64,000 bases of DNA from a virus: positions 1 to 64,000 of the IMG/VR virus record IMGVR_UViG_3300025870_000008. One strand, 5' to 3'. Under the pieces are notes generated by a model. That model did not search any database and was not told where the DNA came from. It was given only the letters and a program-made list of their open reading frames with translations. A program made the position numbers and the translations under genes. Shown here piece after piece: positions 26,557-36,905 of the stretch (position 1 is its first letter; each line of letters opens with the position of its first letter).

Positions 26557-27738
26557 ATGATTGACCAAATGCAAATTATAAAACATATAAAAACTAACTT
26601 ACCTATAGTTTGTTTAGATCAAATAATAAAATACGAGGATAGCCAAATAGTGGACTGGGGCTTAGTACAAAATAAAATTCCAGAAACCTGGAAGGTTACA
26701 AAGGGCGAGGGCGTAAAAGTTATGGTGATTGATACTGGCCACCCAGTCCACTCAGATATAGGCGGCAATGTGATTATAGGAGATAACTTTGTAGAAGATG
26801 AGCCTCATGAAGATCTTAATGGGCATCAAACTCATTGCACTGGAATTATATGCGCTAAAAACAATAAATTTGGCATGGTTGGGGTTGCTCCAGAGGTTCA
26901 ATGTATATCAGTTAAAGCATTAAATAAAAACGGCTCTGGTAGCTTTAATGGTTTAGCTAAAGCTTTAGACTATGCGGTAAAAATAAAACCAGATATAGTT
27001 TCCATGAGTTTAGGGTCTCCAACTTACAGTGCATTAATCCATAAAAAAATAAAAACTTTATATAATTTAAATATTCCTGTAGTATGTGCAGCGGGAAACT
27101 CTGGTAATGGCGGTGTTAATTATCCAGCGGCGTTTGAGGAAACGATAGCGGTAGCTTCCTACAATAAGCGGGGTGGAATATCTTTTTTTTCATCAAAGGG
27201 CGAAGAGGTTGATTGGGCAGCTCCAGGGGAAAAAATATATAGTACATATTTAGGCAATAAGTATTCTGTGCTAAGCGGAACTTCTATGGCTTGCCCATTT
27301 TTGGTTGGAATTATAGCTTTAATGTTGTCGAAACACAGGTTGGAAGAGTCTCAGACTGGATACAATGACTGTAAAACAATTTCCCAAATCAAAGAGCATT
27401 TATTGAAGTATACACAAGATAAGGGGGCTAAGGGAAAAGATAATCAATGGGGATATGGAGTAATAAATACAAAGGAAATGATCCTAGATAAAAATCCCGA
27501 TGATGAATTTCCCGAGCCCCCTTTGGCACCCAAACCCAAGCCTGAACCTAAGCCTGAACCCGCCCCAAGCTTCTTAAAAAAGCATTTAGCATGGGTTGTA
27601 CTCGGATTTTTCTTGTTAACAGTTGTGGCGTTTTATATTGCATCGACTATTCAAGATGATAGCAATATAGATATTCCATACATTGATGAACAAGGAAATG
27701 TAGACTGGGACAAAAAATTTAAACTAGAAACACAATGA
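26557..27738 (+). CDS. subtilisin-like S8 serine protease with Pro-rich linker and C-terminal TM helix
   Basis: VIDTG, NGHQTHCTG, AAGN, SGTSMACP catalytic motifs. Confidence 0.92.
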   Translation: MIDQMQIIKHIKTNLPIVCLDQIIKYEDSQIVDWGLVQNKIPETWKVTKGEGVKVMVIDTGHPVHSDIGGNVIIGDNFVEDEPHEDLNGHQTHCTGIICAKNNKFGMVGVAPEVQCISVKALNKNGSGSFNGLAKALDYAVKIKPDIVSMSLGSPTYSALIHKKIKTLYNLNIPVVCAAGNSGNGGVNYPAAFEETIAVASYNKRGGISFFSSKGEEVDWAAPGEKIYSTYLGNKYSVLSGTSMACPFLVGIIALMLSKHRLEESQTGYNDCKTISQIKEHLLKYTQDKGAKGKDNQWGYGVINTKEMILDKNPDDEFPEPPLAPKPKPEPKPEPAPSFLKKHLAWVVLGFFLLTVVAFYIASTIQDDSNIDIPYIDEQGNVDWDKKFKLETQ

Positions 27739-27926
27739 AAGAAGGTAAAACAATTCATTTTCATTATAATAACGAGGTTAAAACAGGGTTGATTTTAAAA
27801 ATTTATACCCAAATAGGTGGGGAAAACCATCGGGAAGTAATGGTGGTAATTAGAATAAATGAGGAAAGCGGTCTTTTCGAGCAGGGTACGATAAATATAA
27901 AACATTCCGACTTACACTTAATTTAA
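27735..27926 (+). CDS. hypothetical protein
   Basis: ATGA-coupled ORF. Confidence 0.6.
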   Translation: MKEGKTIHFHYNNEVKTGLILKIYTQIGGENHREVMVVIRINEESGLFEQGTINIKHSDLHLI

Positions 27927-27968
27927 TTAAAATAGAAAAAAACCAAAATTATCCGTATAATATGTTAT

Positions 27969-28211
27969 ATGGACATGGTAATATCTTCTTTAGTTGGCGC
28001 TGTTTCAGCTATTATTGTGGCATTTATACATTTAAAAAATGCTAAGAAACAAAAAGACAAAACTTGCGAAAAAATAATCAATAGTTTAAATGTTGATCGG
28101 GGTAATATAATTATTATTGATTCTGATAGCCGAAAGGGTTTTGATTTTAAAGGTAAAATCAAACATTTCTCAAAAGGGAGTGAAAGTAAGGTGTACATTC
28201 TAATAAGATGA
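27969..28211 (+). CDS. small membrane protein
   Basis: N-terminal TM helix followed by basic residues. Confidence 0.55.
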   Translation: MDMVISSLVGAVSAIIVAFIHLKNAKKQKDKTCEKIINSLNVDRGNIIIIDSDSRKGFDFKGKIKHFSKGSESKVYILIR

Positions 28212-28501
28212 GTGTTAAATATTGCCCCCACTGCGGAGAAAAAAATACTTTCGTTGGGAAAGCTCCTAATTTTTGTAACTATTGCGGTTCCAGCTTTAGC
28301 TCTAAAAGTATTAGTTTAAATAATCGATCTAACTCCACAACCAATACTGAACAAATTGAAACTTTTGATGCTGATTATACGGATGCAAATTACGTGCCTA
28401 ATATAACTAAATTAAGTTATGAAACAGAAGGTTTTCAAAAGAAAACTTTTAAATTTGACGAGTTAATCAGTGAAGAACAACGAAAAACCCAAGAAACCTA
28501 G
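28208..28501 (+). CDS. zinc-ribbon protein
   Basis: YCPHCG...FCNYCG. Confidence 0.8.
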   Translation: MSVKYCPHCGEKNTFVGKAPNFCNYCGSSFSSKSISLNNRSNSTTNTEQIETFDADYTDANYVPNITKLSYETEGFQKKTFKFDELISEEQRKTQET

Positions 28502-29210
28502 AGGCAGGCCTAGGAAAAAAACTTTTGAGGATAATCAAGATTTTATATTTGAAAAAATAAATCTTAGAAAAAACTCTTGGTTTTTAAGTTCCGTAAGTTG
28601 GATATCGTGGGAGGATGTCAGCCAGATTGTTGCTCAACACATTTATACAAAATGGCACCTTTGGGACCAAAAGAGACCTTTAACACCTTGGGTAAACAGA
28701 ATTATAACCAATCAAATCAAAAATTTATTAAGAAATTACTATGGTAATTTTTTAAGACCCTGTTCTCAGTGCCCTTTCAATAACACGGGGTCTATAGACT
28801 ACTTAAACGAAAAAGAAAATGGGTGCTCTTGGACTAAATCTGGTAAGCAAGACTGCACATGCCCTTTGTTTAAAAAATGGAATAATACAAAAAAACATTC
28901 TTTTCATATAAATACTGCTAGTAGTATAGAAAGTTTAACCACGGAGCAATCCTCTAGGGATAAAAATTTCAATATTGATCGTTCAACTGAAAAACTGCAC
29001 GTTTATATGAAATCCCATTTAAACCCAAAGCAATACAAAATATACAAAATGCTTTACATAGAACATAAAAGCCCTCAGGAGACAGCTCAATCTTTAGGCT
29101 ACAAGAGTAGTGAAAAGGGTAGGCATGCTGGATATAAACAAATTAAAAATTTTGAAAAACAGTTTAAAGAACAAGCTAAAAAAATAATTAAAAAATATGA
29201 CATTATCTAA
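28470..29210 (+). CDS. phage sigma70/ECF-like sigma factor with Cys-rich insertion
   Basis: region 2-like WEDVSQ...PWVNRIITNQIKNLLR; region 4-like LNPKQYKIYKMLYIEHKSPQETAQSLG. Confidence 0.75.
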   Translation: MKNNEKPKKPRGRPRKKTFEDNQDFIFEKINLRKNSWFLSSVSWISWEDVSQIVAQHIYTKWHLWDQKRPLTPWVNRIITNQIKNLLRNYYGNFLRPCSQCPFNNTGSIDYLNEKENGCSWTKSGKQDCTCPLFKKWNNTKKHSFHINTASSIESLTTEQSSRDKNFNIDRSTEKLHVYMKSHLNPKQYKIYKMLYIEHKSPQETAQSLGYKSSEKGRHAGYKQIKNFEKQFKEQAKKIIKKYDII

Positions 29211-30246
29211 GGAGCAAAAACAATTTATTATTGATAATTTTAATAAAACACCCGATTTGATTGAACTTACTAGGCAAGTATTTGATAACGAAGAGTTGGA
29301 CGGTAGGACAAAAGAAGGTCGAGCGGTTCGTAAGTTTTTGGTTGAAAGAGGTTTGAAATTCAATACAACACAAAAACAAAAGAAAGAGGAGATTGAGTTC
29401 TCTCAGGAACAAAAAGAATTTATGATTCAGTATGCCAAAGAAGGTATGACGGCATATGAAATTTCAAAAATATTATTTCCTGAAGTTAATGTTACAAACT
29501 TAAGCAAGGAAGTTACAGAAGTTGCTAAGTTTATAGAAGATGTTGATTTTAGGCTTATGCATCCATCTGAAAACGCATTAAATGCTCAATATTTCCCTCC
29601 AAAATCAAATTCTAGAGTCATTAAAAAGATTAACGAATACTGCCAAGAAGAAATCGATGAAAAGCAGGTGAGTCGCGGGGAAATGGACAATATAGAGAGC
29701 ACGATGAAGTTTTTGGCGGCACCTCGGTTTATTCAGGTTATTAACACTTATACATCTGTAGATGATAGAAAACTCTTTGAAGCTGAATATACAAGATCTG
29801 TATGGGATAAACCAGACTTAACAAGTGATGAATTAAATTTATATATCAATGTTTGTATGGATTATATACATTTAAAAAATATAAGTAAAGCTATTAATAA
29901 ATTAAATAGAATGTTTGAAGATTGTGAAGATCAACAAGATATGACTGTTAGATTAGCAGAACTATTAAAAACAAAGAGTGAAGAATATAATCAATGTGAA
30001 AAGAGACAAGAAACATTGATAGCTAGATTAAATGGAGATAGAAAAGAAAGAATAAAGAATAAACATAAAGATAATGCATCTATATTATCGTTAGTAAGAT
30101 TGTTTCAAAATGAAGCTGATAGAAACAGGATGATAGACATGGCTGAGAAGCAAAAAATGCTAATCGCCCAAGAAGTTGATAATATAGAGAGGATGGATGT
30201 CTGGAAGGCTAGAGTACTCGGAATCGCTAAAGATGATGTTTTATAG
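29197..30246 (+). CDS. conserved protein with HTH-like N-terminus and coiled coil (terminase small subunit candidate)
   Basis: FSQEQKEFMIQYAKEGMTAYEISKIL; position near terminase; function inferred only. Confidence 0.4.
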   Translation: MTLSKEQKQFIIDNFNKTPDLIELTRQVFDNEELDGRTKEGRAVRKFLVERGLKFNTTQKQKKEEIEFSQEQKEFMIQYAKEGMTAYEISKILFPEVNVTNLSKEVTEVAKFIEDVDFRLMHPSENALNAQYFPPKSNSRVIKKINEYCQEEIDEKQVSRGEMDNIESTMKFLAAPRFIQVINTYTSVDDRKLFEAEYTRSVWDKPDLTSDELNLYINVCMDYIHLKNISKAINKLNRMFEDCEDQQDMTVRLAELLKTKSEEYNQCEKRQETLIARLNGDRKERIKNKHKDNASILSLVRLFQNEADRNRMIDMAEKQKMLIAQEVDNIERMDVWKARVLGIAKDDVL

Positions 30247-30331
30247 CCTAGACGGGGGTTTTCGCGGTACTTCTATCTCTTGTTGCCATTTAAGGCAATT
30301 GGAGAGAAAGGAACAATTTCTTTTTTAAAAA

Positions 30332-31261
30332 ATGAGCATACAATGTAAAATATGTGATTCTACTTTTAAATCAGAAAGATCTTTGCATACCCATATCAAA
30401 GCTCATGGAATTTATTTATCAGATTATTATATAACATACTATCCTAGATATAATTTATATACAAATGAATTAATTCCTTTTAAAAATAAAGGGCAATATT
30501 TTAATACGTTTTTTTCAAATAATGTTGAATTGGAAAAGTGGTTGGCGACAGCCGACTACGAACATGCACAACAAATTTTATTATTAATGCTTAAAAATAG
30601 AATAATTAGTAAAAATTTACAATATGCTCCTAATCATTTAGAATTAAAACTGCTTGACTTACCAGAAATAAAAATATATAAAGAATTTTTTGGGTCATAT
30701 AATGAAGCCTGTCGAAGGCTTCAGGTTGAGCCTTTATTCAACCAAAGCATAAAAAGTAAATTTTTAGAAAAAAATAAAAATTTAAAAATTTTAGAGATAT
30801 TAATTGATACTAGAGAGCAGCAACCTTTAAAATTCGAAAAAAGTCGTTCTATGAAATTAGATTTCGGGGACTATACTGTTGCAGGTCAAGATTACACAGC
30901 TACATACATAGACAGAAAATCAGAAACAGATTTTAAATCAACAATGACTGTAGGATTCGAAAGATTCAATAGGGAAATGCAAAGATGTATGGATATTAAT
31001 GCTTTTATGTATATAGTAATAGAAAGCTCTATAGATAAAATAAAAAGAAATAACAATTCTGGGATCCATAAATCAAATTTAAAATTTATATGGCACCAAA
31101 TGAGAGTTATGTCTCATAATTATGCCAGGAGATGCCAATTTGTTTTTTCTGGAGGGAGAAAAAGATCTCAAAACTTAATTGAACTTCTCTTAAGAGGCGG
31201 GGAAGACTTATGGAATGTTGACTTGCAATACTATATCGACAATAGAATATTAAAATTATGA
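30332..31261 (+). CDS. C2H2 zinc finger plus ERCC4/XPF-type nuclease
   Basis: CKICDSTFKSERSLHTHIKAH; IDTREQ, GDY, DRKS..DF motifs. Confidence 0.82.
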   Translation: MSIQCKICDSTFKSERSLHTHIKAHGIYLSDYYITYYPRYNLYTNELIPFKNKGQYFNTFFSNNVELEKWLATADYEHAQQILLLMLKNRIISKNLQYAPNHLELKLLDLPEIKIYKEFFGSYNEACRRLQVEPLFNQSIKSKFLEKNKNLKILEILIDTREQQPLKFEKSRSMKLDFGDYTVAGQDYTATYIDRKSETDFKSTMTVGFERFNREMQRCMDINAFMYIVIESSIDKIKRNNNSGIHKSNLKFIWHQMRVMSHNYARRCQFVFSGGRKRSQNLIELLLRGGEDLWNVDLQYYIDNRILKL

Positions 31262-33117
31262 GCTGGGAAAAAGGCAATCAAAAAAGAAACGAAAAAATCG
31301 ACATTAATTCTTTAATTAGGTCGAAAGAAGGGTTTTTACCTGAGAAGGAGGCTAAACTTCTTTTGTATCAATTCTTGCGAGAAAATGTCACATTTACCAC
31401 TAACCTTTTAGCTGGAGTGGATTTATTTCCTTTTCAGCACATGGCGGTTAAATCGATGTTTGAATCTGATTATTTCTTGGGCATATGGTCTAGAGGTATG
31501 TCCAAGTCTTGGACAACGGGGATTTTTGCATTTATGGATGCTATTATGAATCAAGGTGTTGACATAGGAATATTATCAAAATCCTTTAGGCAAGCCAAAA
31601 TGATTTTTAAAAAAATTGAAGATATAGCTGCAAAACCTGAAGCTAAATATTTATCCAACTGCATTACAAGAGTATCAAAACAAAACGATGAGTGGGTAAT
31701 GGAAATTGGTGAAAGTTCAATACGGGCACTGCCCTTGGGGGACGGATCGAAATTAAGAGGTTTTAGGTTTCACAGGATTATCATTGACGAAATGCTATTG
31801 ATGCCAGAAAGAGTTTATAATGAAGTTATCGTACCGTTTCTGTCTGTAGTGCAAAACCCAAAAGAAAGAGAGGATATGCACAATTTAGAAACAAAACTTA
31901 TCTCAGAAGGAAAAATGAAAGAAGAAGATAGGTATAAATGGCCGAACAATAAACTAATAATGCTATCTTCTGCCAGTTACAAGTTTGAATACCTCTACAA
32001 ACTATACGAAAATTTTGAAAATCTTATCGTTAAAGAGGGGCAAACTGGAGGAGCGTCTCGATCTATAATGCACTTTTCATACGATTGTGCTCCCAAGCAG
32101 TTATACGATCAAAATCTAGTTGAACAAGCTAGATCCACAATGAGTCAGAGTCAATATGATAGAGAATTTGGTGCGGTATTCACAGATGACAGTTCTGGAT
32201 ATTTCAAGATATCGACGATGGAGAGGTGCACGGTAAAAGAGGGCGATAGCCCTCATGTAGAAGTAAAGGGTAGCGAAAATGATTCGTATATAATTTCTTT
32301 CGATCCAAGTTGGGCGGAATCAGAAAGCTCTGATGATTTTGCTATACAAGTGTTTAAAATACATAAAAAATCGAACCAAGCTACTTTGGTTCATGTATAT
32401 GCAATGGCTGGAGAAAATTTAAAAAATCATATTAATTATTTTCATTATTTACTAACTAGTTTTAATGTGGTTGCTATGGTGGGAGATTACAATGGCGGTG
32501 TCCAATTTATCAATGCTGTAAAAGAAAGCTCTTTATTTAAATCTTCAAATATAAAATTAAATATAATCGAGACAGAGTTTGATGATCTAGAAAATTATCA
32601 AAAATCTTTAATGTCCGCTAAGAGGGAATTTTCCAAAGATGGCATTCCGTGTTGCCTTAGGAAACCTACTTCCGAATGGATTAGAAGGGCAAACGAATTA
32701 CTACAAGCTAATTTTGATCATCGAAGAGTATGGTTTGCATCGCAAGCGGTCGATGATAGTTTTCAATCTCAAAGAAGAAAGAAAGTACCGATCAAAAATT
32801 TGCGATTCATGAATTTTACAGATGTTGACGAGAATCAATCTGAAGGAGCTAGAATGATTGACTTCATAGAGCATCAACAAGAAATGATAATATATACAAA
32901 ATCTCAATGCGCTCTAATAGAAGTTAGATCCTCACCCCAAGGAACACAAACTTTTGATTTACCTTTAACACTGAAAAAAACCACTGGGCCTAGTAAGGTA
33001 AGAAAAGACTGCTACTCGGCTCTGATTCTAGGATCTTGGATGGTTAAAATTTACAACGATATTAATAATTCAAAAGAAGAAGCTTTTAATAGCTTTGTTC
33101 CAATGTTTATAAAGTAA
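31258..33117 (+). CDS. terL: terminase large subunit
   Basis: FQ adenine-binding motif, SRGMSKS Walker A variant, LRGFR, IIIDE Walker B, SFDPS..DDFA and KDCYSA nuclease motifs. Confidence 0.9.
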   Translation: MSWEKGNQKRNEKIDINSLIRSKEGFLPEKEAKLLLYQFLRENVTFTTNLLAGVDLFPFQHMAVKSMFESDYFLGIWSRGMSKSWTTGIFAFMDAIMNQGVDIGILSKSFRQAKMIFKKIEDIAAKPEAKYLSNCITRVSKQNDEWVMEIGESSIRALPLGDGSKLRGFRFHRIIIDEMLLMPERVYNEVIVPFLSVVQNPKEREDMHNLETKLISEGKMKEEDRYKWPNNKLIMLSSASYKFEYLYKLYENFENLIVKEGQTGGASRSIMHFSYDCAPKQLYDQNLVEQARSTMSQSQYDREFGAVFTDDSSGYFKISTMERCTVKEGDSPHVEVKGSENDSYIISFDPSWAESESSDDFAIQVFKIHKKSNQATLVHVYAMAGENLKNHINYFHYLLTSFNVVAMVGDYNGGVQFINAVKESSLFKSSNIKLNIIETEFDDLENYQKSLMSAKREFSKDGIPCCLRKPTSEWIRRANELLQANFDHRRVWFASQAVDDSFQSQRRKKVPIKNLRFMNFTDVDENQSEGARMIDFIEHQQEMIIYTKSQCALIEVRSSPQGTQTFDLPLTLKKTTGPSKVRKDCYSALILGSWMVKIYNDINNSKEEAFNSFVPMFIK

Positions 33118-33166
33118 CTTTAATTTTACTTTTTAACTTTTATGTGTACTATTAATATACACAGCT

Positions 33167-35242
33167 ATGAGCGAAAAAACAAAACGAAAGTACATTAAGA
33201 AGTCCCAATACTGGAACAATATTAAAAAAGAAAACCCTCAATCAGGCGGCGGGGGAAAACATATAGAGCCTGTTAGCTGCGGGGATAACTACTATATTAG
33301 TAATGCTAGTTATAGTAATAGTTTGAAGCCAGAATTTACTTCGACCACCTCCGCTAGCAATGTAGTCAGCGATGCTTTAAGAAATGTTGACTCTTCCACT
33401 ACGAGAACTAGAGGCAGAGCTGGAATCAAGAATTTAGCTCATAAATATAAAAATATTTCTGATGGAGTACTACCTTATAATGTAAGCTCTGACGGTGTAG
33501 ATGTTCGGGAGAGTATTGAGTTATGCCAAAAAGCATATGCCAATATACCTATATTTAGAAACGCTATAGATGTTATGTCTGAGTTTTCAAATTCTGAAAT
33601 ATATCTTGAAGGCGGCAGTGAAAGTGCTAGAAATTTTATATACAAATGGTTTGAGAAAATAAACTTATGGAAATTAAAAGATCAGTATTTTAGAGAATAT
33701 TATAGATCTGGAAATATATTTTTATATAGAATTGATGGGACTTTTAATAAAAATGATATTATTAATTTAAATAAAGTTTATGGAGCTGAATATAATAAAT
33801 ATCTAAACCCTGGTAAAATACCAGTAAGATATATACTACTCAATCCTTACGATATATCTTCAAATAGAGCAACTTCGTTTGAATCAGGAGCGTATAAAAA
33901 AGTTTTATCAGAATACGAGTTAGAAAGGTTAAAAAACCCTACAACTCAAGAAGACCAGGATATATTCGATTCGCTAGACGATAAAACAAAAAAATTGATA
34001 AAAAAAGGTGGGTTTCATAGAACTGGAGTGTTAATGCCTCTAGATCCAGAAAAGTTAATATACTCGTTTTACAAAAAACAAGATTACGAACCTTTTGCTG
34101 TACCATTTGGGTTTCCAGTTTTAGATGACTTGAATTGGAAAATAGAGCTTAAAAAAATTGATCAAGCAATTAGCAGAACTATTGAAAATGTAGTACTATT
34201 AATTACTATGGGAGCTGAACCTGACAAAGGAGGGGTCAACCCGCATAGTTTAACTGCTATGCAATGTTTGTTTCAAAACGAAAGTGTTGGTAGGGTGTTA
34301 GTCAGCGACTATACAACAAAAGCAGACTTCGTAATGCCAGATGTTAATAAAATTTTAGGCCCTCAAAAATACGAAATAGTCAATCAAGATATTCGAGAGG
34401 GCTTGCAAAATATTATAGTAGGTAAAGAAAATTATTCTAGCACTCAAATAAAAGCTCAAATATTTTTAGAAAGATTAAAAGAAGCTAGAAATGCATTTAT
34501 AAATGATTTCATCATGCCGCAGGTAAAAATATTATGCAAAAGCATGGGTTTTAGAAAATACCCAACGGTTAAATTTCAAGAAATAGATATCAAAGATGAA
34601 GTTCAATTCCAAAGAGTGATAACTAGATTGCTAGAGATTGGAATTATTACACCTGAGCAGGGTATGAATGCAATTCGAACAGGGTTGTTTCCTCATGCAG
34701 ACGATTTAGAACAAGCTCAAGAAAAATATATAGAAGATAGAGAAAAGGGGATGTATAATCCTTTAGTTGGCGGAGTACCTTTGGTTGAAGCTGCAGGGGC
34801 TGAAGAGGATCGGGGATTACAAAAACAACAAATAAAAGAATCAACCAAACAGCAGAAAATAAACCAAAACAAGCCAGAGCAACAAGCTGTGAAAAAAGAG
34901 CCTGGCAGACCTACGGGAGCTACAGCAAGTAAAAATTATTCAAGAAAAAATATTCAAAATATTATTTATGAAATAGAAAAATTACGATCATTAGCTTCTG
35001 ATAAGATTAAAAAAACTCATAAAGTTAAAAGGCTAAACAAAGAACAAAATAAAATTATAGATACTCTTACGGAATCTATAGTTATATCAACTCAAAAAAC
35101 AGAATGGGGTAAACAATTAGATAGTTGTATAAAAAAACCAGAAACCTTAGAAAAGCTAAACAGCTTAAGAGAGGTTGCAGAAGTTGGTAGCAAGCACGGC
35201 CTTCCCGAGTATCCAGCTGCAATATTATATCACAGCCAATAA
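33167..35242 (+). CDS. portal protein
   Basis: follows terL; IFRNAIDVMSEF, EYYRSGNIF, KQDYEPFAVP. Confidence 0.82.
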   Translation: MSEKTKRKYIKKSQYWNNIKKENPQSGGGGKHIEPVSCGDNYYISNASYSNSLKPEFTSTTSASNVVSDALRNVDSSTTRTRGRAGIKNLAHKYKNISDGVLPYNVSSDGVDVRESIELCQKAYANIPIFRNAIDVMSEFSNSEIYLEGGSESARNFIYKWFEKINLWKLKDQYFREYYRSGNIFLYRIDGTFNKNDIINLNKVYGAEYNKYLNPGKIPVRYILLNPYDISSNRATSFESGAYKKVLSEYELERLKNPTTQEDQDIFDSLDDKTKKLIKKGGFHRTGVLMPLDPEKLIYSFYKKQDYEPFAVPFGFPVLDDLNWKIELKKIDQAISRTIENVVLLITMGAEPDKGGVNPHSLTAMQCLFQNESVGRVLVSDYTTKADFVMPDVNKILGPQKYEIVNQDIREGLQNIIVGKENYSSTQIKAQIFLERLKEARNAFINDFIMPQVKILCKSMGFRKYPTVKFQEIDIKDEVQFQRVITRLLEIGIITPEQGMNAIRTGLFPHADDLEQAQEKYIEDREKGMYNPLVGGVPLVEAAGAEEDRGLQKQQIKESTKQQKINQNKPEQQAVKKEPGRPTGATASKNYSRKNIQNIIYEIEKLRSLASDKIKKTHKVKRLNKEQNKIIDTLTESIVISTQKTEWGKQLDSCIKKPETLEKLNSLREVAEVGSKHGLPEYPAAILYHSQ

Positions 35243-35264
35243 TTTATTGTGTACAAGTTGAATA

Positions 35265-35849
35265 ATGAAGAATTTTATTACTATTGACTTATCAAACTTA
35301 ATAAACGAAAAAGATTTATTCTGCAAAGACTGTGGAAACTCTGAAGAAATATCCATGGAGTCATGGGCAGAAGAAAAAAATAAAGGTAAAACATTAAACA
35401 AGCCCTTTAGAACCCCAAAGGGTCCAAAAAAGTTTTCAGTATATGTGAAAAACGAAAAGGGTAACATTGTTAAGGTTAACTTTGGAGATCCCAATATGTC
35501 AATAAAGCGAGATAGTCCAGAAAGAAGAAAGTCTTTCAGGGCTCGGCATAACTGCGCTAATCCTGGACCAAAAACAAAAGCTAGGTATTGGTCTTGCAGG
35601 CAGTGGAGAGCTGGCTCAAAAGTCGAAGGTTCGGATAAAAGTTTTTCAGAAGAAGATCTTGAGAAGCTATTATTAGAAGAGCTAGACGAGTCAGAAGCTA
35701 AAGACAGTAAACCAGGATTGTGGGAAAATATTAGAAAAAAGAAAAAAAGGGAGGGAAAAAATTACCAACCAGCAAAACCTGGAGATAAAGATAGGCCGTC
35801 AAAAGATGCTTACAAAAAAGCTCAAAAATCTAAAAAGGATAAAAAATAA
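35265..35849 (+). CDS. conserved basic phage protein (DUF6321-like)
   Basis: KKFSVYV..KVNFGDPNM...RRKSFRARHNC...ARYWSC. Confidence 0.7.
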   Translation: MKNFITIDLSNLINEKDLFCKDCGNSEEISMESWAEEKNKGKTLNKPFRTPKGPKKFSVYVKNEKGNIVKVNFGDPNMSIKRDSPERRKSFRARHNCANPGPKTKARYWSCRQWRAGSKVEGSDKSFSEEDLEKLLLEELDESEAKDSKPGLWENIRKKKKREGKNYQPAKPGDKDRPSKDAYKKAQKSKKDKK

Positions 35850-36902
35850 ATGAGTGTTAAAAAAGTTTTCATAAGTGGAATTACTGGTCAAGATGGAAGT
35901 AATATGTGCGATTATTTATTGCAAAATCATGATTTAGAAATCTTTGGCGGTATACGAAGGATAAGTGTTAAAAACTATAAAAATATTAAACACTTAAAAG
36001 ATAACCCCAAAATAGAACTTGTAAATTTTGATTTAAGTGATCCTTATAGTATTAGAAATGCTATAGAAAATATTAAACCAGATTACTTTATAAATTTTGC
36101 GGCTCAATCTTTCGTGCAGTCTAGTTGGGATTTCCCAATTCAAACTATGACTGATAATGCGGTCAGTATTACTCATATGTTAGAGTCGATAAGGTTGTTC
36201 GCTCCTAAGTGTAGATTTTATAATGCAGGATCTTCCGAAGAGTTTGGCGATGTAATTTCAGAGATGCAAGACGAAGAGCATCCATTAAGACCGCAATCTC
36301 CTTATGGAGCTTCTAAATGTGCCGCGAGGCATATTGTTAGAGTGTACAGAGAATCTTATGACCTTTATGCTATACAAGGTTGGCTATTCAACCACGAGGG
36401 AAGCCGAAGAGGAACAGAGTTTGTAACAAGAAAAATCAGTAAAAATATAGCTAAATTTGTTTTTGACTTAGAGAATGGAGAAGATCCCAAACACCTAGAA
36501 CTAGGCAATCTTGACGCGTTAAGAGATTGGACTGATTCTATTGACTTCATGTCGGGAGTATGGTTAATGCTAAACCAGAAAGCAGACCCTAAGGAGTATG
36601 TCCTAGCAAGTGGAAAAACATATTCCATAAGAACTTTTCTAGAAGAAACTTTAAAACATGCAAAAATAAACTTTAAAACAGAAGGGGAAGGTTTAGAAGA
36701 AAAATATTACACTTCAGACGGAAAATTAATTGTATCTATTAATCCAGTATTTTATAGACATGCTGAAGTTAAACTTTTATGCGGAAACCCTAAAAAGGCT
36801 GAAAAAGAATTGGGTTGGAGAAGAAAAATTAAATTTAAACAGTTAGTTCGAAAGATGTTTGATAGTGATTATAACTTTTTTAAAAATAGGTGTATATATT
36901 AA
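35850..36902 (+). CDS. gmd: GDP-mannose 4,6-dehydratase
   Basis: GITGQDGS, AAQSFV, SSEEFG, PQSPYGASK, FNHE, FVTRKI, GNLDA.RDW. Confidence 0.95.
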   Translation: MSVKKVFISGITGQDGSNMCDYLLQNHDLEIFGGIRRISVKNYKNIKHLKDNPKIELVNFDLSDPYSIRNAIENIKPDYFINFAAQSFVQSSWDFPIQTMTDNAVSITHMLESIRLFAPKCRFYNAGSSEEFGDVISEMQDEEHPLRPQSPYGASKCAARHIVRVYRESYDLYAIQGWLFNHEGSRRGTEFVTRKISKNIAKFVFDLENGEDPKHLELGNLDALRDWTDSIDFMSGVWLMLNQKADPKEYVLASGKTYSIRTFLEETLKHAKINFKTEGEGLEEKYYTSDGKLIVSINPVFYRHAEVKLLCGNPKKAEKELGWRRKIKFKQLVRKMFDSDYNFFKNRCIY

Positions 36903-36905
36903 TAT

